A stretch of 63,872 nt of DNA, the filler included, from Blastocystis sp. subtype 4 (Eukaryota), in assembly GCF_000743755.1 (NCBI RefSeq). It is 4 parts of 4 records of this genome, joined end to end, with 100 filler letters (N's around TTAATTAATTAA, not from the genome) between each part and the next. Parts side by side here need not be neighbours in the genome. Positions count along the whole stretch, not along the records: positions 1 to 13,705 come from NW_014569263.1; positions 13,806 to 27,456 come from NW_014569262.1; 2 more parts are not named here. One strand, given 5' to 3'. Each line of letters begins with the position of its first letter. The stretch's first letter is position 1. The position numbers and the translations under genes were made by a program. Below, in pieces: positions 13,549-26,939 of the stretch. A model generated the notes under the pieces. It saw nothing but the letters and a program-made list of their open reading frames with translations, ran no database searches and was not told the origin of the DNA.

Positions 13549-13613
13549 ATGATGTTATGAAGTCCTAAAACAACACCCAAACCAGGATCTCAAACAAACA
13601 AATGGCAGCAATC

Positions 13614-13705
13614 TTACAGACGAATCTGATAATCTCCAGAACGGGTCATGTAACGCACCCACTTGGTGGTTTGATAGGAAGACTTCTCGTACACCTTTAA
13701 GAAAC
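13614..13705 (-). CDS. AP2M1: AP-2 complex mu subunit, C-terminal fragment truncated by gap
   Basis: FLKVYEKSSYQTTKWVRYMTRSGDYQIRL* is the adaptin mu C-terminus (KWVRY); TGTTTGTT downstream. Confidence 0.75.
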
Positions 13706-13806
13706 NNNNNNNNNNNNNNNNNNNNNNNNNNNNNNNNNNNNNNNNNNNNTTAATTAATTAANNNNNNNNNNNNNNNNNNNNNNNNNNNNNNNNNNNNNNN
13801 NNNNNA
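13706..13806. other. assembly gap with artificial TTAATTAATTAA linker
   Basis: N-run, six-frame-stop linker, N-run; the same structure recurs at 27457 and 54096. Confidence 0.95.
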
Positions 13807-13904
13807 GTTCTCGTCCTGGTCAGAGTGGTCGTGCTGATGGTTACATTCTTGAGGATGAGGAGCTTGCCTTCTATCACAAGAAGATCAACCAGAAGAAGAA
13901 GTAA
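13807..13904 (+). CDS. RPS8: 40S ribosomal protein S8 (eS8), C-terminal fragment
   Basis: [32 protein letters not shown]. Confidence 0.9.
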
Positions 13905-13998
13905 ACTATGAGAAAAAGGTGATTGGATATGGATGTTTTTGTTTGAAAAGGGACACGTACATATGGAATATGAGGAGTGATCTTCTAACAAACAATAT

Positions 13999-16438
13999 AA
14001 CAATCATATGCTCGATTCGCAGAATCCACTTTAGTAAAACCAAATTGACACTGCGGAGGAAGCTTCTCTGTTTTCAATCCATGGTAACCCTGTATATTTC
14101 CCTCTGCTAATTTATCAAGGACATAGGATATAACATCATGATCCAATCCAATTGTGAATTGCAGATGTCCAGCGTTCTTAAATTCTACATAACTCGTATT
14201 CTCCCCCAAAATAGGAGACAATTTCGTATAATGCCGAAACACTTGTGTTGATGGAACAATGCTATCATATTTCCCTGCCACAAAATGAACAGGAAGATCA
14301 AATTGATCATAATAATCAGTGTATCGGATAGGAGTCTTCTGACCATATCGTAACAAATTCCCTTCTTCTCCATAATCATATGATGTAAATTCATCACCTT
14401 GATACCATTGTCGAAACTGTAACATAACATACAAAGAGGTTACACCTAGAGGGTATTTGGTATAATTCACCTTTTGGAATGGCCAGTCTTGAGGATCTCC
14501 TCCAATCACCATTGCACAAATCTGGTTCACCAGCTCTAACGTTGCAGGTGAACTCTGCATATCTTGTAGAATCTTGGCAATCAAAAGATGAGCACGCGAT
14601 GAACGAGTTGGAAAAGCTGTTGGAGCAGATCGTTCAGTAACAAATAAAGGGCAGCAAGCCATCACAATCCTAACAATAAGAGATTGGTCAGCTAAATAGC
14701 CAGCTGGTGAGAGCAATACAACTTTTGATAAATGATGGGCTGTATGTGTAATAATGCTTTCAGCTATGTAAGCAAGAGTAATTGCTCCTCCCATAGAATG
14801 TGAAATACCCATGATTGTATAATATTCATGAAGAAATGATTCATCCAAATTACGATAAGCAGTGATTTGAATCTCACCTTTGTATTCCACTTTAAATTCA
14901 TCATTTCCTGATATCACTTCAGTTTGTCCTTGGTTCCTTTCTCGTTCCTTAATCACATAAATACTTTGAATGAATGACCGATAATCCAATATGAGATCAT
15001 CAATACAGTAGTTCCAATACTCCTTGTCTTTTACATCCAAGATCTCATGACGAGGTCGATCACTCTTATAGTGACCATCTGTTCCTCGAATACTACCAAA
15101 AAAGACATCATAACCCTGTAAATAAGCTTGAATTGCTAGTGAAAGAGATGGCTTATCCGAGATCCAGGCTAATGCTGTGTCCATCACTCCATGTTGCAAT
15201 AACACAACACGTGTGGTCTCTGGTCGAGGAATACGAAACAGAACCAAACAATAATGATCTACTGTGTGAATAGTGTATTCCTGAAGTGGATATCCCAGCA
15301 TCGACTTGGTTAACAGACCTGTTGTAGGCGACAATACTGACGATTCTTCGGTCTTACTGGAATCGAAGAGAGTTGGCGGACGACATGCTTCCAGCGTACC
15401 GAAGTAGGACTGAAGAAGTGAGTTCACTTGATCTTGAGTCTCTGACCATTTCTGATTTCGTTTTGTGCGTTGGATCACCAGAGATTGGGAATGGTCTGAA
15501 GAATGAAACAGCCATTGGAAGAAGGAACGCATGCATCCCGCGCAATATGAGATAGCTGTGACAATCCATACAGCTACATTCATGTAGGCTTGGGGATTGA
15601 AGAGAGATAACCAACAAATGCGAATTGCCTGAACGCAACGATGAATGATGTGGAACAATGCAACTTCAAGATCTTCTAAAAGACCTGAAATAGACTCAGA
15701 ATTAACATCAATATCAGAAGGAAGACGAGATGTCGAAAGTGATGGAATGTCCTCTCGACGATGAACTGCATAATCTGGAAGAATTAGAGACCAAAGGTAC
15801 ATATAGAATCTAAACATTACGAAATCAGAGAAAACAAACCGAAGACAGTTAACAAAAAGAGGATACAAAAAGAAGAGCGGGTAGAATAGAAAGGAATGGA
15901 CACTCTTCGATTTCTCTGGTGTTTCTTCCAACTTGGATGGACTCGAACGTGTATTGTAATCTCGCTTCCCAGACGTCTGCGACGTCTGTACAGCTTGATC
16001 CGTACTTGTAGATGAATCCACTTGCTCGTCAAGAAGGTGATTGACCGAACGAAGTGAAACAGACCTAAATATGACTCTAACAAATTTCAAAGTACCTCTC
16101 TTCCTTCTTTTTACTATCTGTTCTAGTGATACGTTTCCTTCGAGTATCGTGATATGTCGGAGCCGAAATAAAATCAATTAATATGGTACACCATGAGTTG
16201 ACAATCTGGTTACTCAAATGATAACATTCGCGAACAATGGATTTGACTCCTTCTCCTGTAAGAATCTACAGTCATCATAATTTATAACATCTACGATCAT
16301 TTTATCACCGAGACGATGAATACACTTAAGAAACAGATGTTTCTCCAGGAATTCGTCATTTGTCTACATATTACGGATTTTAGTTATGCAGACTTTTAGA
16401 AAAGAGTTATCACGACGAAAATCATCAATATCTGGCAT
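13999..16438 (-). CDS. AB-hydrolase lipase with long N-terminal region, spliced at the 5' end; stop probably made by polyadenylation at 13999
   Basis: GYPLQEYTIHTVDHY, LLQHGVMD, GYDVFFGSIRG, SHSMGG nucleophile elbow, GKYD, AGHLQF; upstream exons from MPDIDDFRR splice in frame. Confidence 0.8.
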
Positions 16439-16516
16439 TGTACACACATATTATGAAATACAAGTTCTCAACAAACAACGAATTCCGCACAGGTTATGAA
16501 GAGGATTCACTCTTCT

Positions 16517-17442
16517 TTACACAACAGTCCTATTAACAGGTGATGAAAATGTCTCTTTCTCCATCAACGTAGAGCTGTTAACGAATTGCTCACAGGCTTC
16601 ACTAACTGTATCCCCAAAACTAGCTTTCACGATTGAAGTAAGAATGGGAAGAGAGGTAGGATAGATCTTTAGCACAAATTGAAGAGTAGGCGGAAGTGAG
16701 CTGAAACGATTTGACAGAAACCACGATAGACCAATTGAATAACATACGATAGACTGGATATCAAGACTAATCGAATCATATTCTACACTAAAGATATTTT
16801 CAAGAGCCTACTTCGACAAATAGCAATAAGAACCTGCTCTGTATAATAATAAAGACCAGGATGATTCGTTTCTTCCAGCAATTGCCTTGTTTGAACAAAT
16901 GGATTCGGACATAAAAGATGGAACTGTAAGATGGATAGCACGTGAATTATGAAACTTTGAATCTCTAAGGCAGTGTACTCATCCTTCAAGACGACACATA
17001 AGTCTCTCTACGATCAAACCCAGCTCAAGTCTATACAAAAGAAAGGTGATTCTTGATTTGGTCATACTGAGCGGAGGCTAAATGCAAACATACCCAACTC
17101 AGCAAGGACAGCTTTCGAGTATCTAGTACTCTTGTTGAAAGGTAACGATCATAATAGTTGATCCCATAGAAGGCTACACAATTTGGTGAACGTTTCGCTT
17201 TGCAAATCTACATCAAACAAGACTCCAATGAGTACATTTAACATCCAAACAAATGTATCGTCACGATGTTCGCATAACTGAGGACAATGTTGAATCTCAT
17301 TGGCATAGCGAGGATTTGGGTTAAATGAATAACAATCGGATGATCCTTGAGAACTGTCAGTTGTAGAAAAGAGCAAAATCGGATCTTCATGCACGTGTTG
17401 TAAGCTCTCACTCGAAAGAGTCTCTTCACATCCAAAAGCCAT
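16517..17442 (-). CDS. cyclin-family protein, spliced
   Basis: Cyclin-box-like RDDTFVWM...LQSETF..CSLLWD...LEIQSFIIHVL..LQFHLLCPNP; TGTTTGTT on minus strand at 16470-16477. Confidence 0.6.
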
Positions 17443-17728
17443 TGTTCCCCAAGATTCCAGATAGACTGATCAAATATAAATACTCTATATTATCCAGAAG
17501 AACAAATGTGTCGGATAGAAACTCTGGGATGAGACCTTAATTAAATGGGACACTGTCTAATAGATGACTCTCAAAGTTACCTTCTCTTATAGGGAATATA
17601 GTGTTTTTCCGTATTAAACTGAAAAATGTTAGATCATGTACGGCAAGAAGTTGACTAGAAACTGATATCTATCCTTTGTCTATTCGCTGGTTGCAACTCA
17701 ACAAACAACTACTTATGCTATCTCTTCA

Positions 17729-19779
17729 CTAATTGTGCACTTTTCTATTAAAATGAATACAATCACCATTCTTTCCACAACATAGAGTACACGTTTCTCT
17801 TCTTTCCACAATGAAACCTCTCATTTGATAAATGGGAGAATAACAGGCATTTTCAGGATCGATTGTCTTATACGACCATCCCATATTTTGAATAACACAA
17901 TTGCGCAATTCAATTCGTGCAGTTTGGATTTCTTCTCCACTGTCATCATCAAGAATCAGAGTTCCATCCACTATTACCTTGTCTAGATACCAATTACGAC
18001 AATTGACAATTAAAACACTTCCCTTCTTCAACAAAATATCACTTCCCAAGTGTGAATGTATCTCTTCGGTAGTACATCCAGCCTCAGGTCCAAATACTAC
18101 ATATGCTCCCTCTTCAACTGTTACTCGTGGCACGTGTGAAGGATTACACACAGGACACTCATTCACCGACATCAACAACAATCGATAAGTGTTCAACAGA
18201 TCGTGTTCTCCACTAGCAGCAGACTCTGCATGACCAGTCTTTTTCTCCAATTCACGACCTCGCGATAGGGAATTCTTCACAGGAGACCATGCAATCTCTC
18301 GCGGATATGTAATGATCAAGTGGGAGTTGGTAATCTTTAGAGATTCTCGATAAACACGCATCAGCTTCGGATAATCCTGCATCATCGACTCCAAGCGAGT
18401 TGGCTGTAAATACTCTGTCATCGACCCTGGCTACTCCTTATATCCATTCTCCATCCCTACTCGATACTTTGGATTCACAAACTCCGGAATCACTCCTTTG
18501 GATGCATTCAAGACTAAGAGATACTGACGCAAATCAAAGCTTAGAATGTTTCCATTTCCTGGGAATCTACATTACACATCTCACCAAGTCCTACGGAGAA
18601 TACCCTGAAGCATCTGCAAAATCCCCGCGGGAATCGATAACTCGAAGAACATCTTCTAATTGATTATACTCGACGTTGCAGACGAGTTCCTCTCCATCTT
18701 GACTAGTCAGCTTACAAAGGGCTCCCGACTACACATCATTCATACAATTCTTCCCTACAGCCTCGTGCGGCAGTCTCTTCACACACGTGCTAGTCATATG
18801 CGGGTGCTGCTTCTGACAGATAGCTGCAGTGCAGGCCATAGTCAACAGAGCTAATGCATTGGTGTCCTGGAAGAAGTAAAGACGACGAACATGGTACTCA
18901 TCATACCACTTCTGCGCAATTTTATCCTGCTAATGAGTCGATTATCCAATCATCACTCGATACAAACACAAATGAACATCTCCATGACCATGTGGTTTCT
19001 TGATGAGATGACCATCTTCTGCTACAGCTAACTCACATTGGATATTGATAAGAGCAGGAATAACATCTTGCTTCATCAAAAACACTTGTTCGCGGCGCAT
19101 GCCAAAATAATCATTATCTTCAAGATACTTCAATGTTCTATATCAAATTCTATTAATACTAATACAAATCATGGTTGTTATCCGATGTCATAATGGCAAA
19201 TGGAATCAGATGCATATCTTTTAAAGGAAGGCGATGCTATGGATAATATATACTCCACACAAGAACCTGAATAGCGAGGATCCTTTTAATATAGAATCCA
19301 AGAAACGACAGTTCTGTCAGAATCTCAGTGGGAAGACTCACTTTGATTCCATTGAAGCCAAGTCTCTCACCAAGACCACCAGCTACTAGAACGAAACCCG
19401 AGTACATGAGTTCTTGTACACCTGCCTTCTCAAGATTGTGGTACTCGACCGTATTAAAACTAACATCTATTGTATCCGGAACCTACATTGTTATCTCATT
19501 AATTTGCCTACAGATGGGACATAACCCTCCATGGGATTCTCCTTTCGTGATGATTTCAAAAGCAAATCATGTGCCTTTGTCACATAGGATTCAAGGCCAC
19601 CAGGATAAAAACTCTCAAAGTACTGGAGATCGGTAATAAAGTTTCTCAACTCTACAGAGATCAATAACGAAAGTTCAATTCATACTTTCCGTCGTATCAA
19701 GCTTAGCAATAACATTTGCTTGACCACAATTTGACACTTTCTCTAAATACTCTCTTTCGGAAGTTGATAATCCATCCAT
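17729..19779 (-). CDS. USP: UDP-sugar pyrophosphorylase, spliced
   Basis: GFVLVAGGLGERLGFNGIKVSLP, KPHGHGDVH, FFQDTN, PTRLESMMQDYP, SPVKN motifs. Confidence 0.9.
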
Positions 19780-20030
19780 ACTATCTCTATAGAATTACAT
19801 CTTCTTTACAGATTCATACAATAAATAAAAACGAAAAACTGAGGAGTCTGTGTCTCTGGCATAAAAACGAAGAAAAATCGCCGGTTTGCCTGCTAGATAA
19901 CCAGTTGAAATGCGGAAGAATAAAGATAAAACCACGGCAGTCGTATCAAATGACATGCTTCAGTTTTTCGTGTTTCGATTTGTTGATTCGAAGATTAGAC
20001 TTCTGAAAGATAGATTGGAACAAACAATAA

Positions 20031-22080
20031 TCAAAAAGGATTAATACTAGCCTGTCCAACAGGAGGTAATTTCATTGGTTCTGTTGACTTGAGTTCTTCC
20101 AATATACGACTTCCATTTACAATATTTGTCGTCAGGATAATCAAATCAGCACCAAATCCTTCCTATTCTTCAGGCATCAGTTCTAGTTTTACTTTCTTCG
20201 CTAAGTATCGCAGAGCAGCTATTTCGGTGTACGTAACTCCTCCAATGAAATATACGACAATTACAGGCCGTACAGCGTTTGACGAACTCCCAACAACATC
20301 ATGTTCATACTCACAACCAACCAATCGGCTCACATCTACATTATTATTTGATCTAATACCTGCTACCTGGAGGAAGGCGTCCTTCCCGAAGAATCCATTC
20401 TACAAGTCGTACAGAGATAGGAGCGTATCCACTTGTCACATAGCTACTTGTTAACCTTATCAAACACATCAACTGCATCTCCGCTTGATTCTCCCCATCA
20501 ACATCCTTCACCAACTGCAACTTATTCCGAATTGCACTGTAGTTACGTCCTCCTTCACGACGTGCGAATAATCCGGACCGTTCCAACTGATTCAAAAATA
20601 GGAGATTCTCATATCCGTATGTCTATGCATGAATGACTCACTCCAAATTCACTTGAATAATCTCCTTCCTAACTGTATCATAGTCTTTACTACGAAGACC
20701 TCCATTAACCAAAGAATACAAACAAAGGAGTTGCATGATTCGAGGGAGAGTATCTTGAAGAGTAATTCGTTCCACGATGTAATCCAATAACTGTTCTCCA
20801 TTTAGAATCTCATGCTCCATCTGCCATTGTTGACGGAACATATATCCATTTGTCACAGATGTGATGAAATCACTAATTCCTTGATGAATCTGTAGACGAT
20901 CAAATGCATCCATCTTTGAAGGCTTCTTCCCCTCAGAAGTCTCTTGCATTTGCTCTGCTATCCATCATACATTCCATTTTCAGGTACTTTGAATCTGATA
21001 CAACTTCTTCTGTAATTCTTGTGGGATCACACAAATATTGTCGTCTCGGATCTCTGAGAACAAGTAATCATCATTGTTCAGATTGACTTCAATTGTTCCG
21101 TCATCATGCTACATTAAACGAAAGGATCATTCATACACGACCAATCATTGTTGCTGGAACTTCAATTCCACCTGCATGAATATGAAGGAGCTACACTCAG
21201 ATTGATATCAAGAATAGTACTTGATCAATCAATCCCTCATAGGATAGAGGAGTTACAAAGAGACTACTGAAGTCTACAGCTCGATCAATGAGAATCAAGT
21301 GACGGATTACACTCTTTCCGTGTCTTGGTATTTGAGGGAGCTTCTTTTGCTTCTGAAGAGTCTCCATCACAAAAATAGCACGCTCTCCAAGACCGTGAAC
21401 CTCATTAATTCCCGCACTCAACTGTTGGAGCTGATAGATCTGCTGAATCACAGTTGGAAGGAGTGTGTGATCCTGCTTCAAATATAACCGTCTAGGTTAT
21501 ATGGATATTCCAATATATACGTAAAAGCATTTTCAATTTCTTGAGACACAAGATCTTCCTCTAGGGGGATCGTGTTAAACGTAGCTGAATGAATAGTTAC
21601 GTCTCCAAGCACTTTGTCTTCACGTAAACATTGCGAGCACATCATTGTCTTGTTGGGACAGAACACGATGTGGAATTGACGAGTCTCCTATATATTAGAG
21701 TATCCTTAAGAACAAACCTTCTCCTCTTTCAATCTGCGAATCTGATAGGCAGCAAGATGGGTTGTAGAGACAACCGCTTGAAGAAGGAAAACAACTGTAT
21801 CTCTATCACACGAAATCTGCTCCTTTGACAATTTGCAGTACTTGGTATCTTTCTTCTATCCACTAAAACAAACCATCATCTTCTTACCAATACCGATGAA
21901 TATAACAACTGATCTAGAAGGAAGGGATCAACAATATACAAAATATCACCAGAAATCTAGATATTAGCATGCAATAACGATTCCTGCAGTCTCAAGGATA
22001 TCATCAAACTGCTTTGTTTCATTATCAATAACTCCTCCATAATCCAAACGACAGCTACGAATTGAGAGTGGTGGTGCCAT
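20031..22080 (-). CDS. VPS33: Sec1/Munc18 family protein Vps33, spliced
   Basis: IPLEEDLVSQE, LILIDRAVDF..VTPLSYEGLID, SGYAPISVRLVE, VVYFIGGVTYTEIAALRYL, TTNIVNG; TGA 20031-20033. Confidence 0.85.
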
Positions 22081-22136
22081 TGGAAGAACAAATCTGTTGA
22101 ACAAACAACCCATCTCTACAAATAGCAAGCAAGTTA

Positions 22137-25100
22137 TCACTTCTTCTTCGTTGCAGTCTTCTTCTTGTGCTTTGGCTTGGCAGGACCCAATTCACCTAGA
22201 GCTCCAGGTGTACCTTCCTTTCGTCCTCGTCTTCCTCTTCGTTCTTTCTTCTCACCTTCCTCGGCTTTCTTCGTTTCCTTCTTTTTATCACCCTTCTTTC
22301 CCTTCTTCTTGTCACCCTTCTTCTTCTTGTCCTTTGGTTTCTGGGCCTTATCGTCATCAGGTTTCGTTTCCTCGGGCTTTACATCTTCTGTTTTCGCTTC
22401 TTGAGGGGCGGCATCATTATCAGAAGCTGGCTTAGTTTCTTCCGGCTCTTCTTCTGGCAATTGTTCTTCAAACTCGTCCTCATCTCCCGAAAGTGGAGTG
22501 GCTATCTTAGGTTCTTCTTCTGGCAATTGTTCTTCAAACTCATCCTCATCATCCGATCTGGGAGTTGATCTCTCTTTTGGCACTTCTTCCTCAAAATCCT
22601 CCTCTTCAGAGACAGGAGCAATCTTCTTTGGCTCCTCAGCAGATACCTCTTCATCAAAATCAAGTTCATCCTCAGACACAGGAGCCGCTCGCTTTGGCTT
22701 CTTCTCCACCAGCTCTTCCTCATCTTCAGACACAGGAGTTACCATATCTGATTTCTCTTCATCAAAATCCTCATCTGATACTATCATAACAGATTGAGAT
22801 TTCTCTTCCTCATCCTCAGAAACAGGTGTTCTCATTGAAGTTTCCTCTTCAAAATCCTCCTCAGATCCAAAGTCAACAGGTTTAGTTACCATTGTGGGTT
22901 TCTTCACGCTTTGTTCTTCCTCAGATTCACTGTAGTCATAATCACTATAATCACTATAGTCACTATAATCACTATAGGAATAAGAACTATAGTCTGGAGC
23001 ACCATATAATACAGGTTCTGCCTGACGTTGAAGACCACGACCTGAGGTATCATACTTATGCAAGAATCCGGCTTCATAGAAATCAACTTCATCCATCAAT
23101 GGTTCATTTTCATCTTCCTACACTTCATACTTCGTCTCATCTCTACCTCAGAATCGAACATATAGGAAATCTTCTTCTTGCTCTTACCTCCCATACGCTC
23201 TCCGATTACTTCATTGGATCTAGCTTGCAATTCAGCGATATGAGTCACTACTATTAATTATTAAATGTAAACTTACACTTAGCTCGAACTTCCACTTGAC
23301 GGGCCTGCAGTGTGTTCTTTGCTTCTTCCACCTTCATACGAAGATCAACAAGCTCTTGAGTCTTACGTTCAATCTCTTCTTCTTTTCTCTGCAACTGCTT
23401 CTGACGACTCTCCAAAGAGAGTTTGTTCTGTCTCCACTCTAACCACAAATACTTCTTATCGCTCGTTTCATCACTTGGTTCAGGTTCAGGAGCCATTTCA
23501 ACTGGTTTCTCTGCCTCGATTACAAGAGCTGGAGCAGGAGAGGTACTGGCATTGGGAACAGGAGCTGACTCCACTGGGATAAGAGGCATTGAAAAATTGA
23601 ACAAGTCTTGAGTCGGAGCAGGTGCAGGAGCTGGAGTAGCTTCTGGAATAGTTGCAGATACGGGAGAAGCTGAGGCAAAACCAAATAAGTCCTGTTCAGG
23701 AGCTGAACTAACAGTCTGTGTTACCACGTTAAAAAGATCCTGCTCTGGGGCAGGAGGCTGAATTGGTTGCGACTGTTCAGGCCCAGGAGCCATTCCAGGT
23801 CGAGGAACCATTCCTGGACGAGGAGCCATTCCAGGTCGAGGAGCCATTCCAGGACGAGGAGCCATTCCAGGTCGAGGAACCATTCCTGGACGAGGAGCCA
23901 TACCAGGACGAGGAGCCATACCAGGTCGAGGAGCCATTCCTGGACGAGGAGCCATACCAGGCCGAGGAGTCATTCCAGGTCGAGGAACCATTCCTGGACG
24001 AGGAGCCATTCCAGGTCGAGGAGCCATGTTTGGAACAAAAGATTGAACTGCCGGTATCTCCTGTTCCTCTTCCTCTTCATCAGATTCAGATTCATCAGAA
24101 TCTTCTGACTCAGGAACAGGAACAGATTCAGGAACAGGAACAGGAGCAGGAACAGAAGGAGTAGAATGAACAAGATTAGCTTTAGAAGGAGGAATCAAAG
24201 AAGGAGGCAGTTGTTGAGGAAGAGGAACACCATTACGACAAGTAAAGAGAATATGAGTAATGATTACAAACTCAGCAAAATCCAAATCACCATCATGATC
24301 CAAATCAGACATTTGATACAAACGTTCTAATACTTCTTTAGGAAGACCACTTTGAGAATGATAGGTAATCACTTCATCATGTTTCACTTTGTGATCTTTG
24401 TCCTTATCCAATTGAATGAATAGATTCTGATAGAACATTCGTTGTTGAGGAGTAGTAGCGAAAGGATCATTTCCAGCTCCTTGTGTAGGCTTAGGAGGCA
24501 TCACAGGTCTAGGTCCTTGACCTTGCATAGTAGGCATCACAGGAGGAATAGATTGAGGAGCAGACTTCTCTTCATCAGAATCAGATTCATCTTCATCTTC
24601 TTCCTTCTCCTCTTCAGGAGCTAACACGGCTCCAAAATTGAACGGGTCTTTTGGCTCTTCCTCCTTGGGTATAGCCTCTGTTGACGAAGCAGGCGCACCG
24701 AAATCAAAATCAAATGGATCCTTCGTTTCAGGCTTTTTCTCTTCATCAGAATCTTCTGACTCAGGAACAGGAACAGGAGCAGGAACAGAAGGAGTAGAAT
24801 GAACAAGATTAGCTTTAGAAGGAGGAATCAAAGAAGGAGGTAATTGTTGAGGAAGAGGAACACCATTACGACAAGTGAAAAGAATATGAGTAATGATTAC
24901 AAACTCAGCAAAATCCAAATCACCATCATGATCCAAATCAGACATTTGATACAAACGTTCTAATACTTCTTTAGGAAGATCACTTCATCATGTTTCACTT
25001 TGTGATCTTTGTCCTTATCTAATTGAATGAACAGATTCTGATAGAACATTCGTTGTTGAGGAGTAGTAGCGAAAGGATCATTTCCAGCTCCAGGTATGAC

Positions 25101-25326
25101 TCCAGTGCCAGCTGATTGCTGCAAAGGAGAACGTTCTAGATTATACAAAAAGAAAATATGTACCAGTATTGTTTCCAGTTGGAGGGAAACCCATTGCAGG
25201 ATTTGGACCACCCTGTGCAGGCGCTAGATTCTGCTGAAATCTATCTATATTCATGCTGGCACCCATCTTTCCTTGATTTGGTGGTCCCATGGAAGCCCCA
25301 CCATTCATAATAGGATATTGTTGCAT
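22137..25326 (-). CDS. EH-domain (Eps15-like) endocytic protein with DPF motifs, Pro-rich repeats, coiled coil and acidic/Lys-rich tail; one gene, with an apparent frameshift near 24980
   Basis: Two EH domains ([42 protein letters not shown]); DPF motifs; short introns near 23250-23276 and 23117-23146 join the 566-aa and 320-aa ORFs in frame. Confidence 0.75.
23794..24027 (-). repeat. 13 x 18-nt coding tandem repeat, M(A/V/T)PRPG
   Basis: ATG GCT CCT CGN CCW GGA units seen directly. Confidence 0.95.
24100..25090 (-). repeat. internal duplication of a ~350-nt EH-domain module (about 24100-24480 and 24745-25090)
   Basis: Near-identical nucleotide sequence in both copies. Confidence 0.9.
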
Positions 25327-25673
25327 CGAAGGTTGTCTATAGTTAGAAACGAAATTACGTTCCTCCTACAACTGTTGCATCTCTTATTCAGTGTTTTCAC
25401 AAGATATAACTTCGATATTTCTACAAATATATATAATCTCTTCACAGAAGATATTCCACACAAACTCTTCCAAGAGTGAAGGATATTTGATAAAGAAACC
25501 CACATGTGTCCCTAAATCACAAGAATATGGACATTATTACTCTATAGGACCATAATTCCACAATTCATACATATAGTAAATACAGTAATAATGGCTCTTT
25601 TGTTCTTCTTTCTATATAAACAATATTAACGGTTGTGATCAAAGAAACACAATATAATAAATAAGAATCTCAA

Positions 25674-26939
25674 TTAAGCCATTGCTACTACAACAATAGC
25701 AGCAACAAACAAATAGAGAGCACCCAATTGGGTAGTCCATGTTTTACAGTCAGCACCATTGAATTCTTTGTAGTACAAAATACCCCAAAGAGCAGAAACA
25801 AGAAGGGTGCCACGACTCAAAGAATAACTAATAGCATAACCAAGAGAACCTCCAGTAGACGCATAACAGAAATTACCAATCGCTAAAAGAAGAGCTGACC
25901 AAATAGCTACATCATAATCACCTAGAAGTAGTACCTGGCCATCTCTGTTTCCAAGTTGCTGAGAAATATTCTTTCATAGTACATTTGGGTCCTTTCAAGG
26001 GATGACGCATGACAATACTACAATTCACACGAAATTACAGGAAATACTATGCAAGAGGATAAACAGTAATAAATGAAGCAAACGAACAAAGAAGGAAAAT
26101 TCCCTATAGATCATCCAAGAATCACAATCAAACATAGGCAGATACTGGATAAGGCTCCTTATTACCTAGAGAAGTACATGGTCCATAGAAGAAATCAAAG
26201 ATTGCACCAGTGATTCCAAGAACAACGAACAGACACATCGAATTCTACCAGTAATTCATATATTAGTTTGATACGGTTTTGGGAGCTTCTTCTTGCACTT
26301 CAACAGCAGTTTCCGAAGTCTTTGATTCATCATTCTCCAAAAGAGCCTTATTCTCCGGCTTCTGTTTTCTCTTGTTATTAAGACTACTCATAAACAATAG
26401 TTCATGTACTCACGTCGAAGCGACTGTATTCATGATAACAGCACCAAACAGAATAGCGACTCCTGTGAAGATATACACAGCTCTTCCTTTGGGTTCAATT
26501 GCATAGGTTGCTAACACTCCAAGAAGCATAGCAGAGCCAAACAGAAGAGGAATTGCACTCGTCAGTCCATAGCCATCCGTCAGAACGAACATAATAAGAC
26601 TAAAAGCAGTCGTACTGATACCGGCTACTATAGGTCCTGCAATCTTTTGAACAATCAAAGATTTCTATTTCAATAACAATACCAGCACCTTACCGAGTTG
26701 TACTTGAAGATGTCGATGAAATTGGAGATCATACCTTCTCCCTTCTTGGGTGGGAACCATTCACTTCCCATCGTGAACCCAAGAACAATATGGAATAGAA
26801 ATACCCAGGTGAAGTAATCAATAGTATACATGGAAACGGGATAGGTAAGAGATTTCACTGCAATCTTATTCGAACCCCACGTAATCATTGTAGTAATGGC
26901 CAAAACCAAGGATAGCCAGTAGTTGTTTTGATAGAACAT
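25674..26939 (-). CDS. DMT-superfamily transporter (ureide permease / GRP sugar-transporter-like), spliced
   Basis: MFYQNNYWLSLVLAITTMITWGS...DYF..V.LF...GFTMGS; C-terminal LVSALWGILYYKEFNGA. Confidence 0.7.

Noticed and set aside
13985..17442. Possible cyclin-lipase fusion suggested by the 730-aa ORF
   Set aside because: The cyclin has its own stop (~16517) and TGTTTGTT motif, and the upstream part belongs to the lipase starting at 16438.
21957..21987. Possible GC-AG intron in Vps33
   Set aside because: An in-frame GT donor 9 nt downstream works equally well; cannot be decided without cDNA.
23763..24164. RS-rich and EEPF-repeat ORFs on the plus strand
   Set aside because: Antisense readings of the MAPRPG minisatellite. 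The array is not CRISPR either, since it has no unique spacers.
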